From positions 1,206,796 to 1,270,795 of the forward strand of contig RDEW01000010.1 in the NCBI GenBank assembly GCA_011109175.1: DNA of 64,000 nucleotides. The letters run 5' to 3'. The stretch comes from Dicyema japonicum. Taxonomy: Eukaryota; Animalia; Dicyemida. Under the pieces are notes generated by a model. The model did not search any database. It saw only the letters and a list, made by a program, of their open reading frames with translations, and was not told the DNA's origin. The translations under genes were made by a program, and so were the position numbers. Positions 37,235 to 50,835 of the stretch are shown piece after piece. The stretch's first letter is position 1; every line of letters starts with the position of its first letter.

Positions 37235-37860
37235 ACGTGGCGTCACGAATCCTTTGAATCCTTTCCAGACATAGGTGCAAGAGATGCACGTCACCATCAC
37301 AACCAAAAGGGTAACGATGAACAAGTTGGAGAAAGAGTGGATTGGTAAACGACGATCCTGCACATCACTTCGTTTGAGACTGTATGAAGCCTTTGTCAAG
37401 CCGATCCTAATGTACAATTCATCGACCTGGGGAACGTCCAAAACCGAACAACTTGGACTAAACTCTTTCCATCGAAGACAACTTAGATCCCTACTAGGAC
37501 TGAACTGCCAGCAAAAAAAAAGGAATCGCTGTACAAGAGATGTTGCACGGGTCCACTGAGTCTCGAAATTGCTGATATGCGCTGGAGGCTATTGGGCATA
37601 TCTTGCTTATGGACTTGGGCGCTCCAGCAAACATAGCAATGGAGGACTACTTTATGAGACAGGGACCGTGCTTTCGTGGACGCCAGCGTATTACACTACA
37701 TGAAACACTTGACGGAGATCTAAAGGTCGTGAACAAACTTCTAAGAAGTGGGGACGACCTAGACGAGTTGAGGAAACTTTCTTACGATCGAGGAGGTTCG
37801 GAGGATTGTTTTGAATGCTGCACGAGTGAAATTATAACTCTTATGATTTTACGAATGTTG
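37235..37860 (+). mobile_element. RTE-like LINE 3' part
   Basis: LRLYEAFVKPILMYNSSTWG..LNSFHRRQLR..RWRLLGHIL..APANIAMEDYF..FRGRQR. Confidence 0.85.
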
Positions 37861-38067
37861 CTTATAATAATAATAACATGGCGTTACGTGGTTTACTAAT
37901 TCTGTAAGCTCTGTTGACCACTAAATGCACCTCGAAAAAGAACTGTTTACTCACTTCACCAGGAGACAATCCCATGGTGACCCGTTCAAACCTTGATTAT
38001 ACTTCCCCTAAAGATTTGCTTTACCTTGTCTGGGTCGCGTGATTAGTTAGTTTTGGTTCTTTCTTAT

Positions 38068-38142
38068 TTATTTATTAACCCGGATACACCGAGAAAGAAG
38101 TTAAAGTAAACTGGCGCCACGCGGATATAGCCTAGATAAGGG
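38068..38142 (-). mobile_element. Family 'B' copy with most of the interior deleted
   Basis: The tail TTAACCCGGATACACCGAG.AAGAAG is joined to the other end CACGCGG.TATAGC..TAAGGG seen at 4237-4258. Confidence 0.7.
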
Positions 38143-38239
38143 TAGTCACTTTCAACCATCAAAATCAATTTATTTTATTTTTCTGATTAAAAATACAATA
38201 TTTAATTTTTTATTAATAAAAAAATTTAAGTTGGCCAAG

Positions 38240-38552
38240 TCTTTATCATAAAAGTTGGGATTGCGTCCAAGACCGTTTACAGACTGGAGGTGAAGAAAAA
38301 AGGAAGTATTACTTGCTTGCAAACGAGATGAGGTAGATGCTTGGTTTCAAGGTCTTCGTTATTCCGATAGTAATGACGTGGGAAGAAATTTCAACAAAGT
38401 ATCATAAGGGTTTTCTAAAACAGTTAAGGGTAGATAAGAAGCTCCAAGTCTATCTACAGTCCACTGTTTTAAAGCGGACCCTAGAGAGCCTGACACTGGA
38501 GTATAGGAAGCTGGACCCGGAGATACTATATGGGCAGAGGGTTCAATTGTAA
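38240..38552 (+). mobile_element. R4-like RLE endonuclease C-terminus
   Basis: IIKVGIAS..LLANE..VFVIPIVMTWE..TKYHKGFLKQL..YLQSTVLKRTLESL. Confidence 0.8.
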
Positions 38553-40540
38553 ATAGCGCTCTCGAGTCGTTTCAGCAACCAGAATCTAATCTGCTTGAGG
38601 AGGCTGGGAACAGCGTGGAAGTATGCTGACCTCCCAAGCCTCTTGCTTTGAAAACCTCTGGAGTTCTTAATTAAAAACGGAAATCTAATCTCAACATGCT
38701 TATGGATCTTATTCCCTTGCGATCCTCAGGGAAGATAGCCACGGAGAATGGTCCTTTGACTCTAAATTTTTTGTTTCGTTTTAAAAATGTAATAAATAAA
38801 AATTTGAAAATGCAACATTTAAGTTAAATTCTGCCATAGTTTTTCCTTCCCAAGGGAGAGAATGTTCTTAAAGGTTAAGCCAACTATTTAAGTGATTTCA
38901 GCCTCCAATAGCTCCCGAACTATCCTTGAGTGTTCCATCAGCGATCTAACTGCATTCCTGAAGTGCCTTCTGTTGTGTCTGCACAGGAATACTATCGAAG
39001 TGCCCTTCTTTAGAATTCCTCTTCGTGAGCCACCCTTTCTCTGAATGGACTTCTTAGCTACTTGCATAGGGAGAAATTCCATCCTACGATGTGCTCTATC
39101 AGTCATGCTTATTCTCGGCTTCCCTCCTCCTTTTTGCTATCAACAAATGGCATGTGGGTAAGAAAGGGATTTTGGTTTTAGAATTCCCGCGGTTTCGACC
39201 GCTATGGGGTTAAAATGAACTGTCTTGGTAAGGTCGTATTGTTTTTCTTTCCTATATTTATTTACTATTAAGCCACTTATATTCATGTGGCTACAACGCC
39301 CTTGAATTGAACTTTGGAATTAATCTGATAAAGTTTTGTTTCTTAAAAAAATCTGATAAAGTTAACTTTGATATGAGATTTATGCGATATTAAAATTTAC
39401 CTACAAAAATATATTATTTATTCATTAATTTTTTTAAATTACTAAATTTGATTTTGATTATAATTTAATAAAATTTAGGAAGCTTGAATAGTCATGGTAT
39501 TTCCTCTGACGATACCTATCGAGATAAGCTCTCGAAGCCATCCAGCCTCACGTGGATCCTTGGTGACCCTTTGGATCATTGAAACGATCCGACGGACTAG
39601 ATTGTCAGCTTGTGGGCCAAGGATTAATGACGTCTAAACAGCAAATGGGAAATCTTTACAATTATATAAAAATAAGAAACAGTCAGCTAGGGCATACACC
39701 GGCCCCCTGACTGCGTGCCATTCCCTTAGGATAGTTAGCGAGATTTGCTCAAATAGCCAGCAGCATCTCATGTTCATGTAGAAATCCGTAAAGTCTAATG
39801 AAATTTCAGTCACAAAATGTCAATGAAAGTCAAAAGGTTCCATTATGGCTTAGTGACTGCCTAAGCAATGTTGTTACCTCTCATTCTTTAATCAGAAATC
39901 ATCCAAGTGTAGCAAGATCTCACAAGACAAATCGGTTTCTCTCCTCAGTTTACTTATCCACGAATGCCCCGACAGAGAAATCATTAAGAACGTAAAGTGG
40001 CCATAGGATGTGTGGAACGAATTAATCTGCTATACTACCTCCCAGTCGTTGTCTCAATGGATTATCCTGCAGATTTCTTTTCTCTACAGGCGAGTGATCG
40101 TTCTAATCAATATAAATAGCGTCTTCAAATTTCCAATGAACTTCACTAAGCTCTGCATCAAAAATGTCTCTTTAGTCCACATGATTACCATGCAAGAGAA
40201 CTCGTACACCAGTAACATCCTGTAAACTACACATTTTCACACAAAAGTGGGGATCGTCATACGCTGCCAGTCCCGCATTAAGAGGTTCAATTAGAATTCC
40301 TTTAAAGATGGTCTTCCAAACCAGCCAAGGTATATAGATCACATCATAAGAACTCATGACGTCATATCGGGGAAACATCTCGAAAACCATTGAGTCAGAC
40401 TCAAAAAAAACAGATTCAAGCAAATACCAAGCACCAAAAATAGCACGTGGCTTAAGACACTCAAGATCCATCACCTCAAATGACCTTATGACGTCATAAA
40501 ACAGCATAATTAAAAAAACAATAAATGTCAATCTGACACG

Positions 40541-41384
40541 TCATCTCTTCGCTTTCCGAGGCCGTCCCTTTCTAGAACGAGGCTTTGACTCAACCTCGCT
40601 AATCTCCCCCTTTAAAGGATAAACCCAATCAGTCAACTTCACTGAAGTAGACAGCTTCAGAGGACGCGGAATCCGCAGAACTGACGACAAGTTCTTTAGA
40701 ATTGCCGACTTCTTTGGTCCCTTCCTCCACAATAGTGTCACTTGAGTGATAAATGGGACAATTACTCTACAGAGACTCTGGGGAGGATAGTAGGCGGTAA
40801 GTAATTCGGGTCTTCGGCTACAATTAAGTCTCGATGTTACCTGGGAGGAACTTTTGGAAGTAATTTTGGACGTTCTCCTGAAATAAGAAAAATTGAACCT
40901 TAAAATTTCGGGCAAAACGAAGTGGAAAAGTTTCGGTAGGCAAAGAATCCAAAATCAAGGAGTAACTGATATCCTCGAGTTTGCAGGTCGTCCAGGAATT
41001 CGTCAATGTGCTGAAATCACGGAATGACAAACTTTCTCGTTCTTCAAAAGGAACCGATGAAGGACGGATTTGTAGAGAAGAACAGAGCCCTTCGTAATGG
41101 GGGACAAAAGCCACAAAATTATGAAAATTTTCAGTTCGTAGTAGAAAGGCAGCCAAACCAGAATAATATCCGCGAAAATTTCGACGACCAAAAAGACGGA
41201 GAAGACAATCCAGAACATGAGCAATTCGGGCTTTCAAATAAAGCTATGATTTTACATATTGTCTCACATTTCTGGACCTCAGAGCCTTGAAGGATGAGTA
41301 GGAAGCATAAAGTGGAGCAATCCCATTTCTAAAGTGAATCACATATGCTTACACTGTGACCTTACTGATGAACCAACCGAGCAT
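40541..41384 (-). CDS. Receptor expression-enhancing protein (REEP1-4 type)
   Basis: Spliced MLGWFISKVT..LYASYSSFKALRSRNVRQY..MFWIVF..ADIILVWLPFYYELKIFIILWLLSPITKGSVLLY..EKHIDEFL. C-terminal exons inferred across one frame change at ~40915. Confidence 0.9.
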
Positions 41385-44044
41385 TTAACCTAATTTTATT
41401 AACACAGTTTTTATAAAAAAAAATTAATACAAGTAAAAAAATAAAAAATTTCAAAAACCCACAAAGATGATAGATTCAAATCAACCGGCAGATAAAAATA
41501 AATTTAATAATAAATTAGTTAAATTAAGTAATTTTAATTAATTAAAAAATATAGTAAAAATTTATTATTTAATCAATACAAAGTGAATTTCCACACACAA
41601 GAAAAAAAAGGACGAAAAGTCAAAAATATTTTTAATGGAATTCCTTATCACGAAATAATAAACATTGGCGTCTTCGAGCGTTCCTTTTGCTTTCTTGTTT
41701 CCACGCAGTTTCTCTTTAGAGGGATTTACAGAGGTATGGATTGCGCGAATTGTCTTAATCTCCTCTATGTGGGTGTTACTTTTTGTTACTAAATTTCTTG
41801 AGAATGACCACACCTATACCCATAGAATGTTAGCCAAGAGTGCTGCTTTTGTCGGAGTCAAAGGTTAACTCTGCCAGTCGACCTAAATACTGACTTGAAA
41901 AACCTGAAAAAGAGTTGAAAACCGCGGACAACCTGGACTCTATGCGATAATTAGCTAACAATTAAAGACCGTGGAAGAAACTGACATTTAATAGGTTAGG
42001 GTCTAGAACTGCACATAAGGGACTATTAGTACTATAGTTCACGTGAAACCGAAGCTTATTAATATCTGACACTAAATTGTCTTATGACGTCATTTTTTCA
42101 TTTCAGTAATCGGCTGGCTATTAAGCTGTAACTGCAGACTGAGCAAAGATTTGAGTTACCCCTTGTGATCGTGAGCTCAATGTTCTAAAGGAACCATCGT
42201 GTCGTTCTAGGATCTCACTTCCTTGATCCTGCAAGGTAACCAATCAGTCTAACAAATGGAGACGAAGATTCCAGATGTCTCCTGTTGACCGATAACTTTT
42301 ACCCCCAATTAGTTTCCTGGTTTTTTTGAAACGCAAGGAACCCCCTGTAATTGAATTTTTAAAATTATTTTTTTAGTTGAAAAGTAATGTTAGTCACATT
42401 TTTTTGCATTTGATAATATCTAAATTATTTAAATTACATGTTAATTTAAATAAAAATTATTATTTTTAAATTCACGTTGCTTTGCACGTTTTTAGGTTAG
42501 TTGTTGCATTGGTTGTTAACCCCAGTTCATTATATGCGCTGGTCTCACACTTCCATACATTATGACTCACTGTCTTTACGATTTGTGGGGACATTGTTTT
42601 GTTTCTTTTTGAATTTGTTTCAATAGTAAATTAACCTGTGCTCAATTTGCTCCGGAAGAAAGGCTGGAGATCCCTTACTCACAGATTAAATCCCTCGTTT
42701 CTCTTGGCAGACTTAGGAGACAATGTAATACCGAAATTTTGAATCAGAGGACCTTTGGATACACCAAGAATTTCAAAACCCCAAATTTGAAAAAACTTAG
42801 TCAGGAATTATTTATTGTGAGGGCTTCACGTGTAGGATGACAGTTGAATACACATAAGTTACCACGTGGGAGCATCTTTTTATATGGATCCATGAGATTA
42901 GAAACAAATTCATTTCAACTTTCTATCGCCTCTTACGGTTAACGACTCATTTAACGAGAAAATGGAGGTGGTGTTCAGGTCAAGTACCTCCTCTTAGTAG
43001 AGACGGCTTTCTGAATCTAAGATATTAAATAATTATTAGTTTTTTGGCTTTTTAGTTAAAATTTTTTAATAATTGAATTTGATCCCACGCCTCATCAATT
43101 GAAACTAGAAACCCGGTAAGTGTGTCTTCGGATGCTCGAGGTCAGCCCTCTGTATAATCTAGTGTAAGATATAGATAAATTGACGAAAATCTTTGCTATG
43201 AACCAAGCGTAGACGTGAGGTGACGGGTAACTTTATAATTCCCACACAGATGCATTTTGGGGGTGAATTTTTGGTGGAATTATCATGAATAGTTTTGTTA
43301 GTAGATTTCTATTCTTAATGATCATATTAGCAAACGCCAACTTTGATATTTGCCTGGTGTGTGCACGTGTGTGACAGTATTAATAAAATCTAAAATTACA
43401 GCTAAAGAGAAGATGCTCAATTATCTGATCTAAGGCTCACCCGATGTCTTGAATTTATTCAAAGAAAACCTGTTTTTTTTGTTTGTCTCTGAGATAATCC
43501 ATTTTTTGTGTAGGATGGGGGTTGAGTCACTCGCAATGTGTATTGATATTGGGCTTCCTTCAGATGTAGTCATCACTAGCATTGTCTCCCTATTTTATTT
43601 GAAGGTGGGGGAGTTGGCTCAAAGCCAGCTAGTAGAAGAAGCCGTAAATGAGCTGAAATTAAGAACGAGGTTTTTCGAATAAGGAGAATTTCCCATCTCT
43701 TCTGGATTTGTTGACTGAATCAGAAGACAAGGATGCCCGGTTATGTGAATCATCCTTTTAATTTCGTTCCATTAAAGCAGTGAGGCTGAAAGACAGGAAT
43801 CACAAGCGTATTTGACTGTAGGCTTCAGGAACTGGTTAGAGTATAATGAGCATTTCTAGGAGGAAAGGAAATGGGAAGACGGTAGAGTTCTAGAAAAATC
43901 ATGATGTCACAGCAATTTAAAATTTAATAAAATTATTAAAACTTTATTTTAAAATTTAAATTATATTTATGTGGGTTTGACTTCCACAACACTACTTACC
44001 TGGTTGAAGGATCCCTTTCTGCTCTTTCTCTTAATCGAATTCTG

Positions 44045-44142
44045 GTACAAGCAGATGTTCTCTCTTTGGTTCTTCCCTTGGATTAGTTAGTTATGACTGT
44101 TTGTGCTGGGCTTACAATGGTAAGCCTGGGGTTAATAATAAT
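44045..44142 (+). mobile_element. SINE family 'A', 3' end
   Basis: ACAAGCAGATGTTCTCTC..GATTAGTTAGTTATGACTGTTTGTGCTGGGCTTACAATGGTAAGCCTGGGGTTAATAATAAT. Confidence 0.88.
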
Positions 44143-45959
44143 CGACCTCTGAAAGGCTTCATGTGATTCACCTGTTACGGAAACGCTCAATGCCTGACCA
44201 ACTTTCAAAGAAGGTCCAGTTTTTCTTATGAGGGGTTCCTACAATGGCAGATATTCATGGGGTGTTGCTTGGAAAGATGCTTCTCACTCCACTGTGGAAC
44301 TGGATATTCCTTAACTAGAGGTAAATGAGCTCTCATAAATTCGTGTTCTCACACGACGTCTCTCTAATCTATTCATTTCTCCACCATCACTTCCTCTCAG
44401 AGAAATCTACGAGGAATCATGGTCGTGGTTTCTTATGCTTCTCTAAAGAACCAGGAAACAAACCCATTGAGTGATAGGATCCCTTGGACAGAGGAAGCCG
44501 ATTGGTTTTTATGGCAGACTCACTGATGTAGCTATTCTTGGAGGCTCTTTCGTTTAACGGACACTTAAGATCACACGAGGAGAGTTCTCGGACAATAGGA
44601 AGCTCTGATTAGTTGTTCTAACATCTCTCCTAATGGTCTTGGTATGTAAAGTAAGGCTTAAAATTCACCGGCTAATAGAAGTACTCGTGGGTCGTGGCAA
44701 AGCTCAGTGCATATTTTTTCCAATCTCCTGAGAACGTAAAGAGCGGAGTCAGCAGTACTCGAATCACACATTTAAACATTTTTTGCGAACGAAAAAATTA
44801 TGAATTTGCCAATAAAATTTCGTCCGTAAATAAGGCCTTTTTTCGTTTGTCGCACGATTGGGTTCTTCTGTTTTTTTATTTGTCAGGGTTTGTCGTCCTC
44901 ATACAATATGATCCTTATAAGAACAGTTAGTCAAGTGGTCGAGATAGTAGCATACCTCTATTGCTTGAAATATCGTCATGGGTAAAAGTCCTTGGCTTTC
45001 TTTTCGTGAACATGTACAGAGCAACAGACTCAGGAGACCAAAGTTCTGAACGAATCGAATGTCGGATTGGTATAGGATTCGAGTTTAAATCTCGCTCGGT
45101 ATGAAATTGAAAGACCATCTAAGCGTATCCTGGACACTAGCTTCTCTTATTAAAGATGATTTAGGATTCTCACGTATTATTCTTGGATTGCTTGTGATAT
45201 GTTTTCGCCTTGTACAAAGGACTGTAAATGATGTTTAACCGAACAATTGAAACGTGTGGAATTCACTCAACACAACTTATATCACGAGTACCAAGCACTA
45301 TCAAAAGACGTTTAGAAGATGACTTTTATTATAAGCTTTCATTATCTCCGAATTTAGTAGATCAAAGGAATCCTCACTTAAGTTTTCTGTCAAAACCTCT
45401 GACTCTTGTTATCCCAAAAAATTATTATCTTCTACGTGTTTCGATAATCTATCAAAAATCAAGCGTTCCATAATTTTCGATATCTCTATTAAAAAACAAA
45501 TTAGGTTGATCGCTAGGAGATCTCAGATTTTTCAGACTTGAAGATCAATCCCACAGTGGTGCATCTATTATAGTGGAGTCCGTAAATATTGACTTAAGTA
45601 TGCTTTAAGGCGAAAAGATCTTTTAGGAGTGGCTTAACATGAGTCTTGCAATAGCACTTATTTTTTCAATCTCGAAGCTTTAACGTGGGGGAAGTGATTG
45701 ATGAAGGAAGATGAGGTACAATGTCTCTCACAAGGAGGCACAAGCTGACTATGTTACTATTGTGAACATTTTGGTAAACAATAACTAATCAAGGGAGACG
45801 GTCTTCTCAAGTTCCTCCATATGTATTTAAACCAAGACGTTGTTCTCTTAAGTCCACTAAGAAGGCAGACAAGGGTACACACACCTCTGGGATATGAAGA
45901 CATTAAGTACATTAGAGCTACGTAACCACATCAACTTTCGGGGTAATTAAACACCAGAC

Positions 45960-48366
45960 CAGGAGTTCTCAACCTTTTTTTACTCGTCGACCCCTTGACT
46001 TTTTTTTCGACCCCTTAAAACTTTTTTATTTAGAACAGACAATTCTAAGTAAAATTAGTTAACTATCTAAAATGAATTCATTGTTAATAATAAAATCAAA
46101 CAAAAAAAGTATATACTCGATGTTAAGTTAATATCTTAGCATAAATCTATAATAATAAAAAAATTACAATGGAATCCCTGTGACTGATGATTTTGACCCA
46201 AGATCCGATATCTGGCTCTATTTGTGTTATTTTTATACAAATATCTCATCTAATGGACACATCCAATCTGTTTCGTTCTCTATTTACAATTTGATGTAGA
46301 ATGCTAAATCTGCATTCAACACAGTATGATGTCGGAAAATGGAGTAGCAATTATGCTATTTCTGTCCACAATTTTGGATAACTCTTTCACTTTCATAATT
46401 TGCCAAAGAATAACAGGTGATTGTAAATCATTATAATATATTTTTAATTCTGGATTGAACTCCTCTTGAATATTTTTTTTCTTCTGGCTTTGACAAAAAC
46501 GGATTAATCATCCAATATGAAATTTCTAATTCAAGAATATCTTGGAATCGAACAATCAAATCTTTTTCTATACTTAATAAATGTTGCAAAAAGTTGTTGA
46601 TATCTTCATCATCAAATGTTTGATTAATTGAGTGGAATTCGGGAAGAAAATTTACGATTGTGTCAAATAATATTGAAAATAGCTATAACCTATAAAGTAA
46701 AATTGGAAGCTATAACCTCAGTGTGAAGCACAAGACGGACATGTGTTTCTTTAGCCTCATAGCAAAATTTTCTAAAAAGACAATCATACTTGCTGTTTGC
46801 TTTAATTTTGTTTATGGTTTTAATAACTATATTTAACGTTTCATGTAGAATTGGCGAAAAAGCTTTTGAAACCAAATGTTGTCTATGTAGAACGCAATGT
46901 ATATGAATCAATCACATTTATACATATTTTTTTCAAATATGCCGCAAATCCTTTATATTTTTCAACCATAGACATTGCACCATCTGTGACACAAAAAACC
47001 AAATTTTCATATGTCATCCAAAGATAATTTGACTACGGAAATAATAGAAAATCTAATCGTATCAGTTTCCGAATATTTGACGAACAATAAATCTTATGTA
47101 AGAAAAGCATGATCGTCAAAATATCTCAAAGCAAGCTTCTAGTTAGATTAATCTGACATATCCATTAGAATTGATTGGTTGTCACATATATGACTTCCGT
47201 CAATTTGAAGCGAAAAAAATAGTATTTTTAAGCCTTTCACATAAAATATGTTCAACATTATCTGACATTTCGTCAATCCTGCGGCGAATTGAATCATTGC
47301 TAATTGGTATGGACTTTAAAATTTCGTCGGGATTTAAACCCATCAGATCTGATAGAATCACTGATATAGATGGTTTGATGAGATTTTCACCAGAAACATG
47401 GGAACTCTCATTTTTGGCAAAATCATTGCAATTTTATAATGCAATTAGTCCTCCTAAATATAATTTAAAATAACAACAACTATGTTTTTTTCATTACTAT
47501 TTGTAAAACAGTGTCAATCGTTTTTTGTTTAGAAAAGAATCCTTTAATTCTTCAAAATACTCTAATGGTTTATCTTTTTTTGTTTTCTCCTAAGATGATC
47601 CAACAATTTGGACGGTTTCATTGCATCATTTGATGATGACTTATTACACAGTAAGCAATATGGTCTATTATCAAAAGAATTTTTTATAAATCCAAATGCC
47701 AAATATTCATTCCAAATATTTTAAATATTCATTATTACACAGTAAGCAATATGCAAATTTTTTATAAATCCAAATGCCAATAGACGAATTTTTAATGTAG
47801 AAGGACGACTCATACACGAACAAAAACAAGCATGGTAATTTTAAAAATTTAAAAAAACAAAGGTTTACCACTTTAAAAATAAACTAACTTAATTTAAAAT
47901 AAAAAAAGTTAAATATATATATTTTTTTTTAATTTTTAAACAATTAAACAAAATATCAGTTGAGGAAGCCTGCTGCGTGGATTGCGAACGAGATCCCTCA
48001 GAGTATGGCTACTCCAATTTTTGTCATAGCCATAACCCTTCTCGTTGATCCCTTTTCTTTCTGGCATCCTCCGAGTTCTTGCAAGAATTCAGCCGTCATT
48101 GGACCAACGGCTCCCGATGATTCGGTCGCAACAGGAGTAAATCGGTAGCGATCCCCGAGGCAAGAATATTTCTTGATTTTTAGGTTTTCCGCAATCGAAG
48201 CAGCTTGCTCCAGGTGTCTGAACAGATTTAAAAATGTTCGTGCTTGAGAACGTGTCTATGCAAGTTGCGTCCCAGTTAAATATATTAAATTTATTTTCGA
48301 CCCCCTTACGATCGGATTGATTTTAGACCCCTGGGGGTCGAATCGACCCCAGGTTGAGAACCGCTG
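45960..48366 (-). mobile_element. Complete hAT (Buster/Charlie type) element with decayed transposase
   Basis: 16-bp TIRs CAGGAGTTCTCAACCT / AGGTTGAGAACCGCTG; perfect 8-bp TSD CACCAGAC (45952-45959 and 48367-48374); motifs CVTDGA, IHCVLHRQHLVSK, LVLHTEV, WMINPF. Confidence 0.95.
47975..48275 (-). mobile_element. CRE-like non-LTR RLE fragment inside the hAT
   Basis: WDATCIDTFS..AASIAENLKIKKYSCLGDRYRFTPVATESSGAVG..AEFLQELG..KIGVAIL. Confidence 0.8.
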
Positions 48367-49319
48367 CACCAGACTGTGGTGTAAACATATTGACGTATAT
48401 AATTTTCAAATTGTAGTTTTAATAATGATACCCTTAGCCACGTGCTTAATCACTCGGAAGGTGAGGTAATGACACACCTTTATTGCACAAAACGTCTACT
48501 AATCTTCATGGTGGATCAAAACCCTTGTCTTCCTTCTCGTGAAGGTGGACAGGTTAAAAGACTGGGGGACATCGGAAATCCAAAGTTCTGAAAAAATGAT
48601 GGCTGCGATGCGCGTGGGATTTAAACCTCTTAGCCGAAAATTGAAAAAGCTTGAAGAGGCAATTAATGTCACAAATAACAATTTCAAACCAAATTAATGC
48701 AATTTATTCATGGAAATCATTCAATTTTCACCACAATTCATGAAGATCGAAAATAACAGAAAAGGCATTCAAAGTTACGGAACCATGGACTTTTAGAAAA
48801 GAGTCATCAACTTCTTCGGAATCCAAAGTTTGAAAGCAATGAGTGATATACCTATGCAACTATGAGGATCTGGTTCTAAGTTCTAGACACGCTTGTTTGG
48901 GTCGAGGTAAAAATTTCAGCCCAATACAAGGGATTCGCCTATTAAGAATCGGTTGTCAGGAGAAATAGGTCAACATACGCTATTAGCTAAGAACAAGCAT
49001 CAGGCAAAACTAACCACTGTATTTAACTATGGCGATGCTACAAAATTGAAATTATTAGCTGATATGGCCTCATATGATCTTTGTAGTAACCTCGGATTTA
49101 CCCAAAATGTGTTTTACCCAGTTCCACCGGTTGAGTGAAACGTATCATTTCGCATCATTACGTCATTTTCCAAACATCAGCCATTATGGTACCCCTCCAT
49201 TGAAGTAGAGAAAGAAAGACTTTTTTGGATGCAAGTCAGGGCTTCTCGTGATTCAGGTGAATCCAATGACGTCTCCAACCAAGATTAAACAAGAGTTAGT
49301 TAATGCACGTCCGCGTTGC

Positions 49320-49960
49320 TAGTAAACAGTGTTTATGGTTTCACTTGTGCCATGTTTTCGACTATTATTGCTGTTAGCCTTCATCCCTTTCGTCGTCTTA
49401 CTAGCCTCCTGAATTCGTCTAGATCGTCTGCATCCATTAATCGGTCCCCGATCACGACATAATCCTACGCAAGTGTCCTGGAAGACACCTCTTGACATCC
49501 CTGAATGTAGAAAATCAGTATGGCCGAAAGATTCTTCCATGTCGGCATTGTGGGGTGTTTCCTCACCCATCCGTAGTATATGTCCAAAAAGGCCACAACG
49601 GTTATTGTGCCCAATATCTTTCGTCGTGTGATATCTTCTGAATCGCCAAGATCCGAGTTTTCACTTGTTCCTCCACTTCTCCTTTCAATAGTGGTTATGG
49701 ATGTCCAGACATCCAATTTGTTCTATCAGATCTCTCAAAGCTACCTCCAGGTAGATGATAAATAATACAGGTGATGGCGTGTCCCCTTATGGTGTTCCAA
49801 CATTTGTAGAAAATGGCCTAGACTCCTTAGAGCCAACTCTGACGAGTAGTTCTGTTTCAGATAATAGCATACTTATCATGCGCGAACTGTCTTCATCGAT
49901 AACGTCTTTCAACACGATAAGTAGTTTACTCCTGTTTTTATTATCTGTCCCGTAGGACAA
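49320..49960 (-). mobile_element. RTE-like RT fragment
   Basis: TNVGTP*GDTPSPVLFIIYLEVALRDL..LGDSEDITRRKIL. Confidence 0.75.
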
Positions 49961-50835
49961 GAGTTGTTCCTTTAAATCTCGTCTTCCTTAATTTCTCCTT
50001 ATTGTACGCACTTTAATAACTGCGCAAGTGAAGAAACACTTAAATTTTGAACCAATAAGCTGAGAGGCAAAAAGCTGAAACTAATCGATAACCATAATTG
50101 TCTGATTTTACTATCGGCTTTTCAATTGATGACACATTATTGATTTTCAATAACTAGGTCCCGGCCATACTTTTTATTTAAACCAGGTCTTCACATCCAA
50201 TATTAAAAATTTGAAAATTCCACACTACAACGAATATTTAATAATTATATATTTAATTTATAATAAAATAAATTCAATTTTAATTTATTATTTTAATTAA
50301 ACAAATAAATTATTGTTTTGAATTCCGCCCTTTATGCGCAATACTGAAAACGACAAAAATTCGAATTTTAACGGGTTAAAAGTATTTTTCATTTCATCAA
50401 GCAGATTCGTTCCTTAAAACCCATAAAACAACAGCCAGTGAAAATAAAGACGACTACATAATACTGCCATCCTACAAAGTGATAAAATCTCAGTCAGAAT
50501 CTCCGAGACATTTTGGACGGACGCCTTGATTCGATATTGGTCTGAAACAGTAAGTCTCCCAAGCTTATCAATGTAGGGGACGATAAATCTGAATTTAATC
50601 GAAACCGACAATTCCGTGAACAAAACTATAAACGAAACCCTTGTCTCACCTCATTATTCCTGCGACTCTAAAAACGTTACCTTGAACAGCAACGCCCATA
50701 AAAATGGCAGAGAACGACCAAGTTTCCCGCTTTTAAAATTTTAGTTAGAATTTTAAAAAAGTCACGAAACCCAAAAATGGGGACTCAAAACTACGGGTTC
50801 CCTCGACTTTTGAAATTTAATATTTAAAAAACTTT

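Noticed and set aside
39480-40530. Host gene in the ORFs at 39798-40531
   Set aside because: No splice-consistent frame or recognisable domain; more likely decayed retroelement sequence.
43993-44030. TACTTACCTGG, identical to the U1 snRNA 5' end, upstream of a SINE 3' fragment
   Set aside because: No U1 stem-loop I GATCAC loop, stem-loop II or Sm site follows; an 11-mer match alone is insufficient.
42480-45900. Genes between the A/T islands in this interval
   Set aside because: Could not reconstruct a continuous or recognisable protein; left unannotated.
45925-45955. Resemblance to nematode SL1 (GTTTAATTACCC) on the minus strand
   Set aside because: Partial match overlapping a hAT TSD; no donor or Sm site; single copy.
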